Assembly (NCBI GenBank): GCA_042090785.1
Contig: JBELIP010000001.1
Span: 298,930-362,929 of the forward strand
Length of the DNA stretch: 64,000 nucleotides
Reading direction: 5' to 3'
DNA from: Cellvibrionales bacterium
Lineage (GTDB): Bacteria > Pseudomonadota > Gammaproteobacteria > Pseudomonadales > UBA7434
Shown: positions 35,269 to 44,713 of the stretch, one piece after another
Numbering within the stretch: position 1 is the stretch's first letter
Layout: each line of letters opens with the position of its first letter
Position numbers and translations under genes: made by a program
The notes under the pieces: model-generated
Seen by the model: the letters and a program-made list of their open reading frames with translations, nothing else
What the model was told of the DNA's origin: nothing
The model's database searches: none

Positions 35269-35757
35269 TTATTCGCTTGCCGCTGCAATAGTGACAAATG
35301 CCCTAATCACATCGTCTGGCGCTTGAACCAGCTCTACCAGTACGCCCTGTGCGCCGATTGGAAAAACATCATTACCTTTAGGGTGAATAAAGCAAACATC
35401 GTAACCCGCTGCGCCTTTGCGAACGCCGCCGGGCGTAAAACGCACACCCTGTTCGGTTAGCCATTGCACTGCAGCAGGCAAGTTATCTATCCATAAGCCA
35501 ATATGATTTAACGCCGGCTCATGTACCTTAGGATTATTGTTAGCGTCAAGCGGCTGCATTAAATCAACCTCCACTTTAAAAGGGCCATGTCCAACTTCGC
35601 AAATATCTTCGTCGACGTTTTCAGTGGCGCTTACATAGCTTCCTGTATAGCGCAAACCTAAAGTATCAACCCAAAATTGACGTAGCTGATGTTTATCAAG
35701 GCCGCCAATGGCAACTTGTTGAATCCCTAATACAGCAAAAGGTCTTTGGTTTTGCAT
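35269..35757 (-). CDS. VOC (glyoxalase/bleomycin resistance/dioxygenase) family protein
   Basis: 162-aa ORF with a paired beta-alpha-beta-beta-beta module signature ([18 protein letters not shown]...GVRF). Confidence 0.75.
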   Translation of the reverse strand: MQNQRPFAVLGIQQVAIGGLDKHQLRQFWVDTLGLRYTGSYVSATENVDEDICEVGHGPFKVEVDLMQPLDANNNPKVHEPALNHIGLWIDNLPAAVQWLTEQGVRFTPGGVRKGAAGYDVCFIHPKGNDVFPIGAQGVLVELVQAPDDVIRAFVTIAAASE

Positions 35758-35795
35758 CAGTTAACTCCTTGCAAAAAAACAGTGAGCATTATACG

Positions 35796-36983
35796 TTAAC
35801 GTTTATTAAACGGCAGCCATTGTGATGTGGTAGCAATATTACTTGCCACTTGCTTGGCTTCATTTTTAATAAAGTTATTAATGGCCTCTCTAAAATCGGG
35901 ATGTTGAATCCAATGGTTAGACCATGTATTTATTGGTTTAAACCCGCGTTGCAATTTGTGCTCCCCTTGAGCGCCGGCATCAAATTTTGATAGGCCTCGC
36001 TCAATACAAAACTCTATCCCTTGATAATAACAAGCTTCAAAATGCAAAAATTCGGCTTCTTGGTTACAGCCCCAATAGCGGCCGAATAATGTACTAGAAG
36101 AAAAAAAATTAAGCGCACCCGCGATGGCTATGCCGTCTTGTAAGGCAATGACGAGTAATATTTGTTCTGGCATGGTTTTAGCCAGTTGTAGAAAAAAAGC
36201 TTTTGGCAAATAACCGCCATGACCTGAGCGCTTAGCATAAGTCCGTTGGTAGAAGTCAAAAAAAGTATCCCATAGGCCATCATTAATATCCGTACCGTTT
36301 AGGCGTAGAAGCTCGATGTCTTGGTCTTTAACCCATTGTCGTTCTTTTTTTAAATCTTTGCGTTTGCGTGATTTAAATTCACTTAAAAAATCATCAAAAT
36401 CAATATAGGGTTTCTGTTCTTTGCTCTCATTAAACCAATGGTATTGATGGCTATGCCTTTGTGTGAGTGATTGTGGTAAATGTGAAAGAGTGTCAGAAAC
36501 CGATTTTTTTGCATACAGAAAATGCAATGACGATAAATTGAGTTTTTCGCATGCTTGAATACAGGCTTGAGTCAAAGCTTGATAAATGGCTTTGCTATTT
36601 TTAAGCTGCGCTTCAGAAATGGCAATTCTAGTACCGGTAACAGGTGAGTAGGGAATAGCGCCTAACAATTTAGGAAAATAGTTTAAGCCGTTACGTTGAT
36701 AGGCTTCGCTCCAGGCCCAATCAAAAATATATTCGCCATAAGAGTGATACTTTATATAAAGCGGGGCGGCTGCAATAGCAGTATCCCCATCAAACACAAT
36801 AGCGTGGTGCGGCTGCCAACCATTTTTTCTAGTACAAGCCGCGCCAATGTCAGGGTCATCTTGGCCCGCGGTTTCTAGGGCATGTAAAAATTCATAACGT
36901 ATAAAAGGGTAGTCAGTGCCACATAAACTATTCCATAGTGTATGGCCAATGTCTTCAATAGCGTTGTAAAAATGGACTTCCAT
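35796..36983 (-). CDS. FemAB-like / DUF482 acyltransferase-fold protein (GNAT-related)
   Basis: Sequence resembles the PF04339-type family (my recognition only). Start trimmed to the Met of MEVHFYNAIED at 36983; the ORF-track start at 37034 adds 17 residues. Confidence 0.7.
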   Translation of the reverse strand: MEVHFYNAIEDIGHTLWNSLCGTDYPFIRYEFLHALETAGQDDPDIGAACTRKNGWQPHHAIVFDGDTAIAAAPLYIKYHSYGEYIFDWAWSEAYQRNGLNYFPKLLGAIPYSPVTGTRIAISEAQLKNSKAIYQALTQACIQACEKLNLSSLHFLYAKKSVSDTLSHLPQSLTQRHSHQYHWFNESKEQKPYIDFDDFLSEFKSRKRKDLKKERQWVKDQDIELLRLNGTDINDGLWDTFFDFYQRTYAKRSGHGGYLPKAFFLQLAKTMPEQILLVIALQDGIAIAGALNFFSSSTLFGRYWGCNQEAEFLHFEACYYQGIEFCIERGLSKFDAGAQGEHKLQRGFKPINTWSNHWIQHPDFREAINNFIKNEAKQVASNIATTSQWLPFNKR

Positions 36984-37046
36984 TAAAGTTAACCAAAAAA
37001 GATGTTTATCATTATGCCGATGCCATAAAGGCAAAAAATAAAAAAG

Positions 37047-37943
37047 TTATAGGGCTATATAAAATGCATAGTCGGCGGCAAGCCCAACAAAAATGGCTAG
37101 ACCAACATAATTATTATTTAAAAAAGCGTTAAAACAATTATTTTTTTCACGTTGACTAATCAGTAATTGCTGATGAATAAATAATACGCCAGTAAACACA
37201 ATGGCACCAAAATATATACGTCCAAGCGATAGTAATAGCCCAACTTTTATCATTAGGGCAACAAACACCATTTGCAAACAAGCGGTAATTAATTTGTCAT
37301 AGCGACCAAATAACACAGCGGTAGATTTAACCCCAATCTTTAAATCATCATCACGGTCAACCATGGCATAAAATGTGTCGTAAATTACTACCCAGATAAT
37401 AACTGCAGCATAGAGCGGTAGAATAATAGCGGGTAGGGAATGCGTTTGTGCAGCAAAGGCCATAGGAATGGAGCAGCTAAACGCCATGCCCAACACTATT
37501 TGTGGAAAATGCGTAAAACGTTTGGTGAAGGGATAAAGTGCAGCAAGTAATAATGCAGCAAAGGCTAACAAAGCCGTTAAAGAATTCGTTAGCAATAATA
37601 AAAAAGCCGCACAGATACATAAAAGAATAAAAAGCTGTATAGCTTCTGTCGCTGAGATTAACCCAGCAGCCAACGGTCTTTTTTTGGTGCGTTCAATATG
37701 GCCGTCAATATTACGGTCGGCAAAATCGTTAATCACGCAGCCCGCTGAGCGCATAAGAAATGCACCAGTAATAAAAACAACAATTAATAGCGGTTCAGGG
37801 AGCCCCTCAGCGGCAATCCAAAGTGACCAAAGTGCAGGCCAGATGACTAAATAAGTACCAATCGGGCGGTCAACGCGCATGAGTTGTAGGTAGTGATTGA
37901 GGTGGCGAGTGGTTAAAGCAAGCATAAAAAAACCAAATGGCAT
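37047..37943 (-). CDS. ubiA: 4-hydroxybenzoate polyprenyltransferase UbiA
   Basis: 298-aa polytopic ORF with the prenyltransferase Asp-rich motifs NDFADRNIDG and YAMVDRDDD. ubiC lies upstream. Confidence 0.93.
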   Translation of the reverse strand: MPFGFFMLALTTRHLNHYLQLMRVDRPIGTYLVIWPALWSLWIAAEGLPEPLLIVVFITGAFLMRSAGCVINDFADRNIDGHIERTKKRPLAAGLISATEAIQLFILLCICAAFLLLLTNSLTALLAFAALLLAALYPFTKRFTHFPQIVLGMAFSCSIPMAFAAQTHSLPAIILPLYAAVIIWVVIYDTFYAMVDRDDDLKIGVKSTAVLFGRYDKLITACLQMVFVALMIKVGLLLSLGRIYFGAIVFTGVLFIHQQLLISQREKNNCFNAFLNNNYVGLAIFVGLAADYAFYIAL

Positions 37944-37984
37944 TCAATAAATTTTCAGCTATATTGGCGGGCTAAAAATTTTAG

Positions 37985-38623
37985 TTAAGGATGAAAGTCG
38001 GGAAGAAAAATTTCACTGACTAATAAAGGTTTATTATAAATCACAAATCGCGACCGGCGCCCCCAAAGATTTGCGGCTTTATTATTATTGTCTATCAATG
38101 GCTTTGCCTGTAATGGTAAGTCGGACATGGACAGCTGAGCTATTTGAAACGGGCTTCTATGCATGCCGGGTGTATTAAAAAGTAACTGTCCAAGCGGTCG
38201 GTTATCAAAGTGACGTAAGTGCCTTAGCTCTCCGGTGAGTGAGCTTGCTGGCAACACGCTTCGGGCATAAACCCAAGGTTGTTGATCGCAGAGCAGTAAC
38301 ACCTCACGAATAAGGCAGCAATGTCGAGGTGCAACGCCCAATAAATTGTACTCAGATAATTGGGCGCTACCCCACTGCTGGCTAAGAATGTGTACAGAAA
38401 ATTGGTGATGACTGCTTTTAATTAAACGCTGAGTTAGAGAGCCGCTATCGAGTAACCACTCGCGATTAGCTGTCGGCAACGCACTGCCAAAGCGCGTATG
38501 AAAGTCACGCCAGATTGGGCCCTGCAGGTGGAATCGTATAGGTTGTTGGTCGTACAATAGGTGGCTCTTTCTATTGGCAATAAGGTAATAAACGCTGCAG
38601 ATGAATATGCGGTATTGAGGCAT
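37985..38623 (-). CDS. ubiC: Chorismate pyruvate-lyase UbiC
   Basis: Aligns to E. coli UbiC at REWLLDSGSLTQRL and LWGRRSRF...KPLLVSEIFLP. Start placed at Met 38623 (MPQYRIF); the ORF-track start at 38671 adds 16 residues. The N-terminus is uncertain. Confidence 0.8.
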   Translation of the reverse strand: MPQYRIFICSVYYLIANRKSHLLYDQQPIRFHLQGPIWRDFHTRFGSALPTANREWLLDSGSLTQRLIKSSHHQFSVHILSQQWGSAQLSEYNLLGVAPRHCCLIREVLLLCDQQPWVYARSVLPASSLTGELRHLRHFDNRPLGQLLFNTPGMHRSPFQIAQLSMSDLPLQAKPLIDNNNKAANLWGRRSRFVIYNKPLLVSEIFLPDFHP

Positions 38624-38687
38624 AACTTGCAAGTAAAGCGCATTAAATAATAAGTTAATGATGAGAAGCATATTTAGAGGTTAAGTA

Positions 38688-40091
38688 ATGAAAGTGTGGG
38701 AATGCCTAGTTTGTGGATGGTTTTATGATGAGGCCAAAGGTTGGCCAGAAGATGGCATAGCACCAGGAACTCGCTGGGAAGATGTACCCGATGATTGGCT
38801 TTGTCCTGAATGCGGTGTTGGCAAACAAGATTTTGAAATGGTTGAGGTTACAGAGAGCCAGCAACCAGCTATAGAAGCGGCGGACGATTTACCGGTAGTC
38901 ATTATTGGAACGGGCTTGGCGGGTTACAACTTAGCGCGCGAATTCCGCAAACTCGATAAAAAAACGCCCCTCTTATTAATTACTACTGATGATGGCCGTT
39001 GTTATTCAAAGCCCATGCTATCAACGGGTTTTACCCGAGCAGTGGCTGCGGATGATTTAGCACAAGCTGATGCAGGGCAAATGGCAGAGCAATTGCAAGC
39101 GAGCATTTGGACTTTTACAGAAGTTATAAGTATTAATACGGCAGAGCAAACGCTGCTGGTAAACACGTCAAAGTCTACCGCCTATAAGTCCTTAGTATTG
39201 GCATGGGGTGCCGATGTTATAGAACCGCCAATGACGGGTAATGCATTAGATAAAATTCATACCATTAATAATTTATTAGACTACAGCCAGTTTAGGGCCG
39301 CGGTTAACAATACCGGGGCTGATATAGAGGCGAATACAGAAGCAGGTAAAGAAGGCAAAAGAATATTTATTATTGGCGCAGGGCTAATCGGCTCGGAGTT
39401 TGCCAACGACCTTCTTAATGGCGGCTTTGACGTTGAGGCGGTAGATCCTCTTGCACATAATTTAGCCTCTTTATTACCAGAAGCAGCGGGGCGGGCCCTA
39501 CAATTAGCATTAGAAGAGCAAGGCGCCAAATTTCATTTTGGCACGGTAGCAGAATCGGTTAATACGCACCCAAGTGGAAAAGGGCTTTTGGTTGGTCTTG
39601 CTAGTGGCTTAGCGCTTGAGGCAGACCATGTTATTTCAGCTATTGGTGTCCGTCCTCGTATAAAACTTGCACAACATAGTGGAATTGCGGTTAATCGAGG
39701 CATCATTGCTAATAGATTGTTGGCAACTAGCGCCGCGAATGTTTACACTCTAGGTGATTGTGCTGAAGTTGAAGGCAATGTACTTTACTACGTAGCGCCA
39801 TTAATGGCGGCTGCAAGGGCTTTGGCGAAAACCTTAACTGGAACGCCGACAGAGGTAGAATACCCAGCAATGCCGGTAACAATTAAGACGCCGGCTTGTC
39901 CCATTGTAGTTGCAGCGCCCGCCCAGCATGCTGAAGGCAGTTGGGATATACAAGTTGATAGTGCTGATAATAAAAATGTTATCGCCCAGTTTAAAGATGC
40001 AAACGGCCAGTTACTTGGCTTTGCATTAACTGGACAGGGTACCAATGAGAAACAAGCACTACAAAAACAATTGCCGGCTATCTTAGCTTAG
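38688..40091 (+). CDS. Rubredoxin fused to rubredoxin-NAD(+) reductase-type flavoprotein
   Basis: 467-aa ORF. Residues 1-55 form a complete rubredoxin ([12 protein letters not shown] ... WLCPECG). The rest is an FAD/NAD pyridine-nucleotide-disulfide oxidoreductase ([33 protein letters not shown]). Confidence 0.88.
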   Translation: MKVWECLVCGWFYDEAKGWPEDGIAPGTRWEDVPDDWLCPECGVGKQDFEMVEVTESQQPAIEAADDLPVVIIGTGLAGYNLAREFRKLDKKTPLLLITTDDGRCYSKPMLSTGFTRAVAADDLAQADAGQMAEQLQASIWTFTEVISINTAEQTLLVNTSKSTAYKSLVLAWGADVIEPPMTGNALDKIHTINNLLDYSQFRAAVNNTGADIEANTEAGKEGKRIFIIGAGLIGSEFANDLLNGGFDVEAVDPLAHNLASLLPEAAGRALQLALEEQGAKFHFGTVAESVNTHPSGKGLLVGLASGLALEADHVISAIGVRPRIKLAQHSGIAVNRGIIANRLLATSAANVYTLGDCAEVEGNVLYYVAPLMAAARALAKTLTGTPTEVEYPAMPVTIKTPACPIVVAAPAQHAEGSWDIQVDSADNKNVIAQFKDANGQLLGFALTGQGTNEKQALQKQLPAILA

Positions 40092-40183
40092 CGTTAAGTG
40101 TAGTTGGCATTTTAAAATAGCTGCTGTTCGTAAGCAGTTTAACGCGCATGAGATATGCGCTTATTAATGACGAGGAAAGTAAT

Positions 40184-40456
40184 ATGAACAAGACTGAGCT
40201 TGCCGCCATTGTTGCTGATAAAGCCGACATTTCAAAAGAAAAGGCTAATGAAGTTGTTACTGCGATTACTGACGAAATTACTGCGGCACTTGCCCGTGAA
40301 GATAGCGTTAGTTTAATTGGTTTTGGTAGTTTTGTCCGTCGTTCTCGTGCGGCTCGCAAAGGCAAAAACCCACAAACTGGTGAAGAGATTGATATTAAAG
40401 CAAGCAACTCAGTTGGCTTTAAAGCGGGTAAAGCACTTAAGGCATCCGTAAACTAA
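40184..40456 (+). CDS. HU family DNA-binding protein
   Basis: 90-aa product MNKTELAAIVADKA...GFGSF..R...AR.GKNPQTGEEI, a typical HU. GAGGAAAG lies upstream of the ATG at 40184. The ORF-track start at 40148 adds 12 unlikely residues. Confidence 0.92.
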   Translation: MNKTELAAIVADKADISKEKANEVVTAITDEITAALAREDSVSLIGFGSFVRRSRAARKGKNPQTGEEIDIKASNSVGFKAGKALKASVN

Positions 40457-40486
40457 TACACGTTACTTTTTTAGTTAATCGATCCA

Positions 40487-40559
40487 CCCGTTACTTTTAG
40501 TGGTGTAATAATCAATGCATTATTACACCACTAACTATTACACCACTAAAAGTGACGGG
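40487..40559 (+). terminator. Long composite hairpin downstream of HU gene (probable intrinsic terminator, two alternative foldings)
   Basis: CCCGTTACTTTTAGTGGTGTAATAAT-caatgc-ATTATTACACCACTAACTATTACACCACTAAAAGTGACGGG, followed by TATTTTA. The right arm contains ATTACACCACTAA twice. Confidence 0.7.
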
Positions 40560-40657
40560 TATTTTAGCCCCGACTCTTATCAGCATTCTGCTAACATCCT
40601 TTTGCCATCATTTTATTCAATAACCACTGTAATTATTTATTCTATCAATGAGGCTCG

Positions 40658-41917
40658 TTGATGACGCTAACTAATAAAATTTTTATTGCCATGGCCGCAG
40701 GCATAGCTTTTGGGTCAATAGCTAATAATCTGCAATTTTCAGAAAGCATGACTCGTATACTTGAAGAGTTATTGTTTTTTGGTGCCTTCGATATTATCGG
40801 TAAAATTTTTGTTGCCTCATTAAAATTATTAGTTGTGCCAATGGTTTTTGTATCGTTAACCTGCGGTACCGCGAGTTTGGGCGGCCATGGCAATATGGGT
40901 GCTATGGCAGGCAAAACAATCGGCATGTATTTATTAACAACCGCTATTGCTATAACCGTTGCATTAACGTTGGCCTCTATTATTCAACCGGGCAGTGGTG
41001 ATCAGTTTCAAGATCAATTAGAAACACAAGCAAGTTATCAAGCCAATAACGCGCCGCCATTAAAAGACGTGCTTATAAATATTGTTCCTAGCAACCCAAT
41101 AAAAGCCATGGCCGAAGGTAACATGCTACAGGTTATTGTCTTTGCCTTGTTATTTGGTATTGCAATATCGCGCTCTGGTGAGTTTGGCGCAAAGATAGCT
41201 AAAAGTTTTGCATCATTAAATGAAGTGATTATGCAAATGGTAATGATTTTGATGCACCTAGCGCCGTACGGTATTTTTTGTTTGCTAGCAAAAATATTTT
41301 ATGCCACAGGCTTTGATTTAATACAGCAGCTATTCGTTTATTTTATTACCGTTGTTATGGCATTATTATTTCATGGTGCGGTTATTTATACCGGCTTATT
41401 AAAATTATTAACCGGTTTAAATCCTATTCAGTTTTTAAGGCATATGCGACCGGTAATGATGTTTGGTTTTTCCACAGCTTCTAGTAATGCCACCATGCCA
41501 GTTACCTTAGAAACTGTTGAAGAAAAAATGGGAGTCAATAACTCCGTTGCATCATTTACCGTACCCTTAGGCGCCACCATTAATATGGACGGCACCGCCA
41601 TCATGCAGGGTGTTGCTACGGTATTTATTGCACAGGCCTATCAAATTGATATTGGTTTAGCGGGCTACCTAACGGTTATTCTAACTGCAACATTAGCGTC
41701 TATTGGCACTGCTGGTGTGCCGGGGGTGGGATTAGTGACTTTGGCGCTAGTATTGCAGCAAGTCGGTTTGCCGGTTGAAGGTATTGCATTAATTATTGGT
41801 GTAGATCGCTTATTAGATATGATGCGTACCGTGCTCAATGTAACAGGAGATTCAGTAGTCTCTTGTGTGGTGGCAAAAAGTGAAAGCGCAATTGATACTG
41901 AAGTATTTAACCGATAA
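40658..41917 (+). CDS. Dicarboxylate/amino acid:cation symporter (DAACS family)
   Basis: 419-aa polytopic ORF with DAACS-type motifs (FSTASSNATMPVT, NMDGTA, GVPGVGLV). Substrate cannot be determined from sequence. Confidence 0.88.
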   Translation: MMTLTNKIFIAMAAGIAFGSIANNLQFSESMTRILEELLFFGAFDIIGKIFVASLKLLVVPMVFVSLTCGTASLGGHGNMGAMAGKTIGMYLLTTAIAITVALTLASIIQPGSGDQFQDQLETQASYQANNAPPLKDVLINIVPSNPIKAMAEGNMLQVIVFALLFGIAISRSGEFGAKIAKSFASLNEVIMQMVMILMHLAPYGIFCLLAKIFYATGFDLIQQLFVYFITVVMALLFHGAVIYTGLLKLLTGLNPIQFLRHMRPVMMFGFSTASSNATMPVTLETVEEKMGVNNSVASFTVPLGATINMDGTAIMQGVATVFIAQAYQIDIGLAGYLTVILTATLASIGTAGVPGVGLVTLALVLQQVGLPVEGIALIIGVDRLLDMMRTVLNVTGDSVVSCVVAKSESAIDTEVFNR

Positions 41918-41964
41918 CTAAAAAAAGAAATAAAAAACGAAATAAAAAAGTAAGCGGAAAGCAC

Positions 41965-42246
41965 ATGGAACCGAAGGAAATAAAAAAACGTTTTGCTAAA
42001 AAAGCAACTCGTTTCTATATCGTTAATTTAACGATGGCTGTCATTATTGGTGTTGCGTTATACCAAGCAAAAGCAATGGGTATTTATAAAGAAGCCTTTA
42101 TACCGATTATTGCGCTTTTTTTATTATGGATTTTCAATATCGATAAACTTTACCGCTGCCCAGCTTGTGGGCAGGTACCGCGTGGTAAAGAGGGTTTAAT
42201 TTACTTACCCAAAAATTGCGTTGCTTGTGGTGCAGAGCTTCGATAA
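41965..42246 (+). CDS. Hypothetical small membrane protein with C-terminal zinc-ribbon (CPAC...CVAC)
   Basis: 93-aa ORF with a basic N-terminus, two hydrophobic segments and then CPACGQVPRGKEGLIYLPKNCVACG. I recognise no family. Confidence 0.5.
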   Translation: MEPKEIKKRFAKKATRFYIVNLTMAVIIGVALYQAKAMGIYKEAFIPIIALFLLWIFNIDKLYRCPACGQVPRGKEGLIYLPKNCVACGAELR

Positions 42247-42259
42247 ATCATGAGCTGTA

Positions 42260-42739
42260 TTAAATAAGCGCCTCAATTGCTGCAGCAATGGCTTCAGGCT
42301 TATCAGTAGGCGCAAACCGCTTAACCACCTTGCCATTTCGGTTAACTAAGAACTTAGTAAAATTCCATTTAATTCGCTTTGTTCCCAATAGACCTTTTGC
42401 ATTAGATTTTAAGTGCTCAAAGAGTGGGTGTGCTTGCTCGCCATTCACTTCAATTTTTTCTGCCATGGTAAAGCTCACCCCATAATTGAGTTGGCAGAAC
42501 TCGGTGATTTCAGTGATTGAGCCAGGATCTTGTTTGCCAAATTGGTTACACGGAAAGCCAAGCACAACTAAGCCTTTGTCGGCATATTGTTTATTGAGAG
42601 CTTCTAGTCCTTCAAATTGTGGAGTAAAGCCGCATTTGCTTGCGGTGTTAACCATTAGCAGTACCTTGCCTTTGTAATCGGCTACTGGCTGATCATTACC
42701 GTTTGGAAGTTTAAAATTGAATTGATAGATATCCGTCAT
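42260..42739 (-). CDS. Glutathione peroxidase family protein (Cys-type, BtuE-like)
   Basis: 159-aa ORF with the GPx signatures VNTASKCGFTPQ, LGFPCNQFG and IKWNFTKFLV. Confidence 0.92.
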   Translation of the reverse strand: MTDIYQFNFKLPNGNDQPVADYKGKVLLMVNTASKCGFTPQFEGLEALNKQYADKGLVVLGFPCNQFGKQDPGSITEITEFCQLNYGVSFTMAEKIEVNGEQAHPLFEHLKSNAKGLLGTKRIKWNFTKFLVNRNGKVVKRFAPTDKPEAIAAAIEALI

Positions 42740-42824
42740 TATTGATTCTCAAGTGTATTAATTAGCGACATTAGTTGGCTTGTTGAGTTATTTAGTTAAG
42801 TGCTAAGTGATTTATTAAGCCCAT

Positions 42825-42871
42825 AAAAAAATCACGGTAAACAAGCAGCACTAAGCTAGAGTTTACCGTGA
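42825..42871 (-). terminator. Rho-independent terminator after the SirB1-like gene
   Basis: Inverted repeat TCACGGTAAAC (42832-42842) / GTTTACCGTGA (42861-42871). On the minus strand the hairpin is followed by a 7-nt T-run (A-run 42825-42831 on the plus strand). Confidence 0.8.
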
Positions 42872-42899
42872 TTATGGTTTGTCGAATATAAATTATTCG

Positions 42900-43769
42900 T
42901 TAATGTAGCTGCTGCTTCATCTTTTGTATTAGAACACTGGCTTTGGTTCGGCCATATTGCGAGTTTGATTGGGTCAGGTAGCTCGATAGTGCAGTAATGG
43001 CTTCTTGTGGTTGATTTACCCTTGCGTAGAGTTGGCCTACATCTAAAAGAAGGCTTGCTTCGTTAGGGTCAATTTTACGCATTGAATCCAGTGTAGAAAT
43101 GGCATCGAGATAGTTGTGCTTTTCGACTTGCCTAAGCTTAATATTATTCTGTAACCGCAACAGCGTTCGACGGTTAGATATAGGCTTATAGTGTTCTGGT
43201 TTCAGTTCGGCATCAGAACCAAGCGACTGTTTTAATAAGCGTCGCAGATCGACAGCATTAACTGTGTTGGCATGGTGAAAGGGGTCAAAAATAATACGTT
43301 CGCCATTGGCTTCAAGCCGACAAACAAAGTGCCCAGGCAATGCAATGCCAACGGCATTCCAACCTTGAGCTTTAGCAACGTGCATACAGATAATACCAAG
43401 CGCAATAGGCATACCTTTTTTACGCTCAATCACAGAGCATAAGTCAGCGTTTTCTAATTCTTCGTAGTGATCGTAATTGCCTTTGTATTGATACTGGTCA
43501 TAAATTACGGCCTGTATCGAGCGTAGTTTTTTCCTAATATCGTCTTGGCTTTTAGTGCCTGCTTCATCGGCATAAGTATCTCCGCCAGCAATGCTTGCGT
43601 AGTAAGCTGATACAGCGTCAGAAAGCTCAGCGAGGTGATTGGTGTAAAAATGCATGGGTCGCTTGCCCATTGATGATAAACCCAGTGCTGCACTTGCTAG
43701 ACAAATTGATTCGTCATTAAAGGAGCCGAGTAAATTGACTTGTTGAATTGGAGTTAGACATTGATCCAT
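42900..43769 (-). CDS. SirB1-like protein: transglutaminase-like N-terminal domain + TPR C-terminal domain
   Basis: 289-aa ORF. Resembles YchA/SirB1-type proteins (GIALPGHFVCRLEANGERIIFDPFH, C-terminal TPR-like helices); my recognition only. Confidence 0.7.
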   Translation of the reverse strand: MDQCLTPIQQVNLLGSFNDESICLASAALGLSSMGKRPMHFYTNHLAELSDAVSAYYASIAGGDTYADEAGTKSQDDIRKKLRSIQAVIYDQYQYKGNYDHYEELENADLCSVIERKKGMPIALGIICMHVAKAQGWNAVGIALPGHFVCRLEANGERIIFDPFHHANTVNAVDLRRLLKQSLGSDAELKPEHYKPISNRRTLLRLQNNIKLRQVEKHNYLDAISTLDSMRKIDPNEASLLLDVGQLYARVNQPQEAITALSSYLTQSNSQYGRTKASVLIQKMKQQLH

Positions 43770-44220
43770 ATGAATTCCTCAATGTATGTTTGTTTATTAT
43801 TGTAATGAGAGCGTTAATGAGAATTTTTAAGCGCTTCATTACGGTTATTGTTAACTTATAGACTTTTCCTCCCATGGTTAGTTCTTGCAACTCCTACATT
43901 ACTATACGGTAGGGTTTAAGTGATAGATGACAAAAGCGAGCGATAAACAGAATATTTAAACGGTATTTTACAATCTAGTATAGATAGTATCCGGTGGTTA
44001 TTATTTATACCTTCAGTACTGATCATTTACCAGCCTCTAAGTGAGTGATTGTTGATCGGTAAGATTAAAAATGTTGTTTTTGTGCGTAAGCTATCAAGCC
44101 AACGTTAAAAACAATGTAAAACGTTAGATTGAATTTAGCTATATTTGTTAAGAGTTTTTTACAAACCTTTTAACATTCGTTTTAATTTTAATCATTAAGA
44201 TATTTTTTTTACGAGTTGCT

Positions 44221-44685
44221 ATGTATTTATATATTCAAATAATAATGAGTGTTATTGTGGTCGTTTTAGCTGCCTACGCATTGTCTTTGTGCATTAAGCT
44301 TTTTCGATTAAAGCGTCGAGTTTCAGAGAAAAGACAAGCGCAAATTAAAGAGCAAAAAAGTGTAGCTAAGGAAAAAAATATTGAGGCGCAAGAAAGTATT
44401 GATATCCTCTTACGTTGTTTGCTTCAAGATCAGCTTTCGTTGACTGAAGCAGCAATTCGAATATCTGGCTTAGCTAAAACATTAAAGTTAAGTGAAGTAG
44501 AGCAACAGTTTTATTTACCCTTTGACGAATTAGCCATGGCGACTTCACATATACCAATACTTGCTGATTGGGGTCGTTTATCATCCAAAGAACAAAAGCG
44601 CTTTAATAGCGAACGTGAGATAATAGAAAGCAAATACAAGGATAAAATATTGTCCACAGCCCGACAGCTAAATAAGCCGCAGTAA
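44221..44685 (+). CDS. Hypothetical membrane-anchored protein (possibly DUF2489-like)
   Basis: 154-aa ORF with one N-terminal TM segment, then a charged helical region. Sits directly upstream of folA. The family assignment is tentative. Confidence 0.55.
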   Translation: MYLYIQIIMSVIVVVLAAYALSLCIKLFRLKRRVSEKRQAQIKEQKSVAKEKNIEAQESIDILLRCLLQDQLSLTEAAIRISGLAKTLKLSEVEQQFYLPFDELAMATSHIPILADWGRLSSKEQKRFNSEREIIESKYKDKILSTARQLNKPQ

Positions 44686-44713
44686 GTTCAAGAAAAGGAT
44701 TAGTTAAATTAAA

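Noticed and set aside
40078-40407. 109-aa minus-strand ORF overlapping the HU gene
   Set aside because: It is antisense to a clear HU coding sequence. The product is an Ala/Ser/Leu-rich low-complexity peptide.
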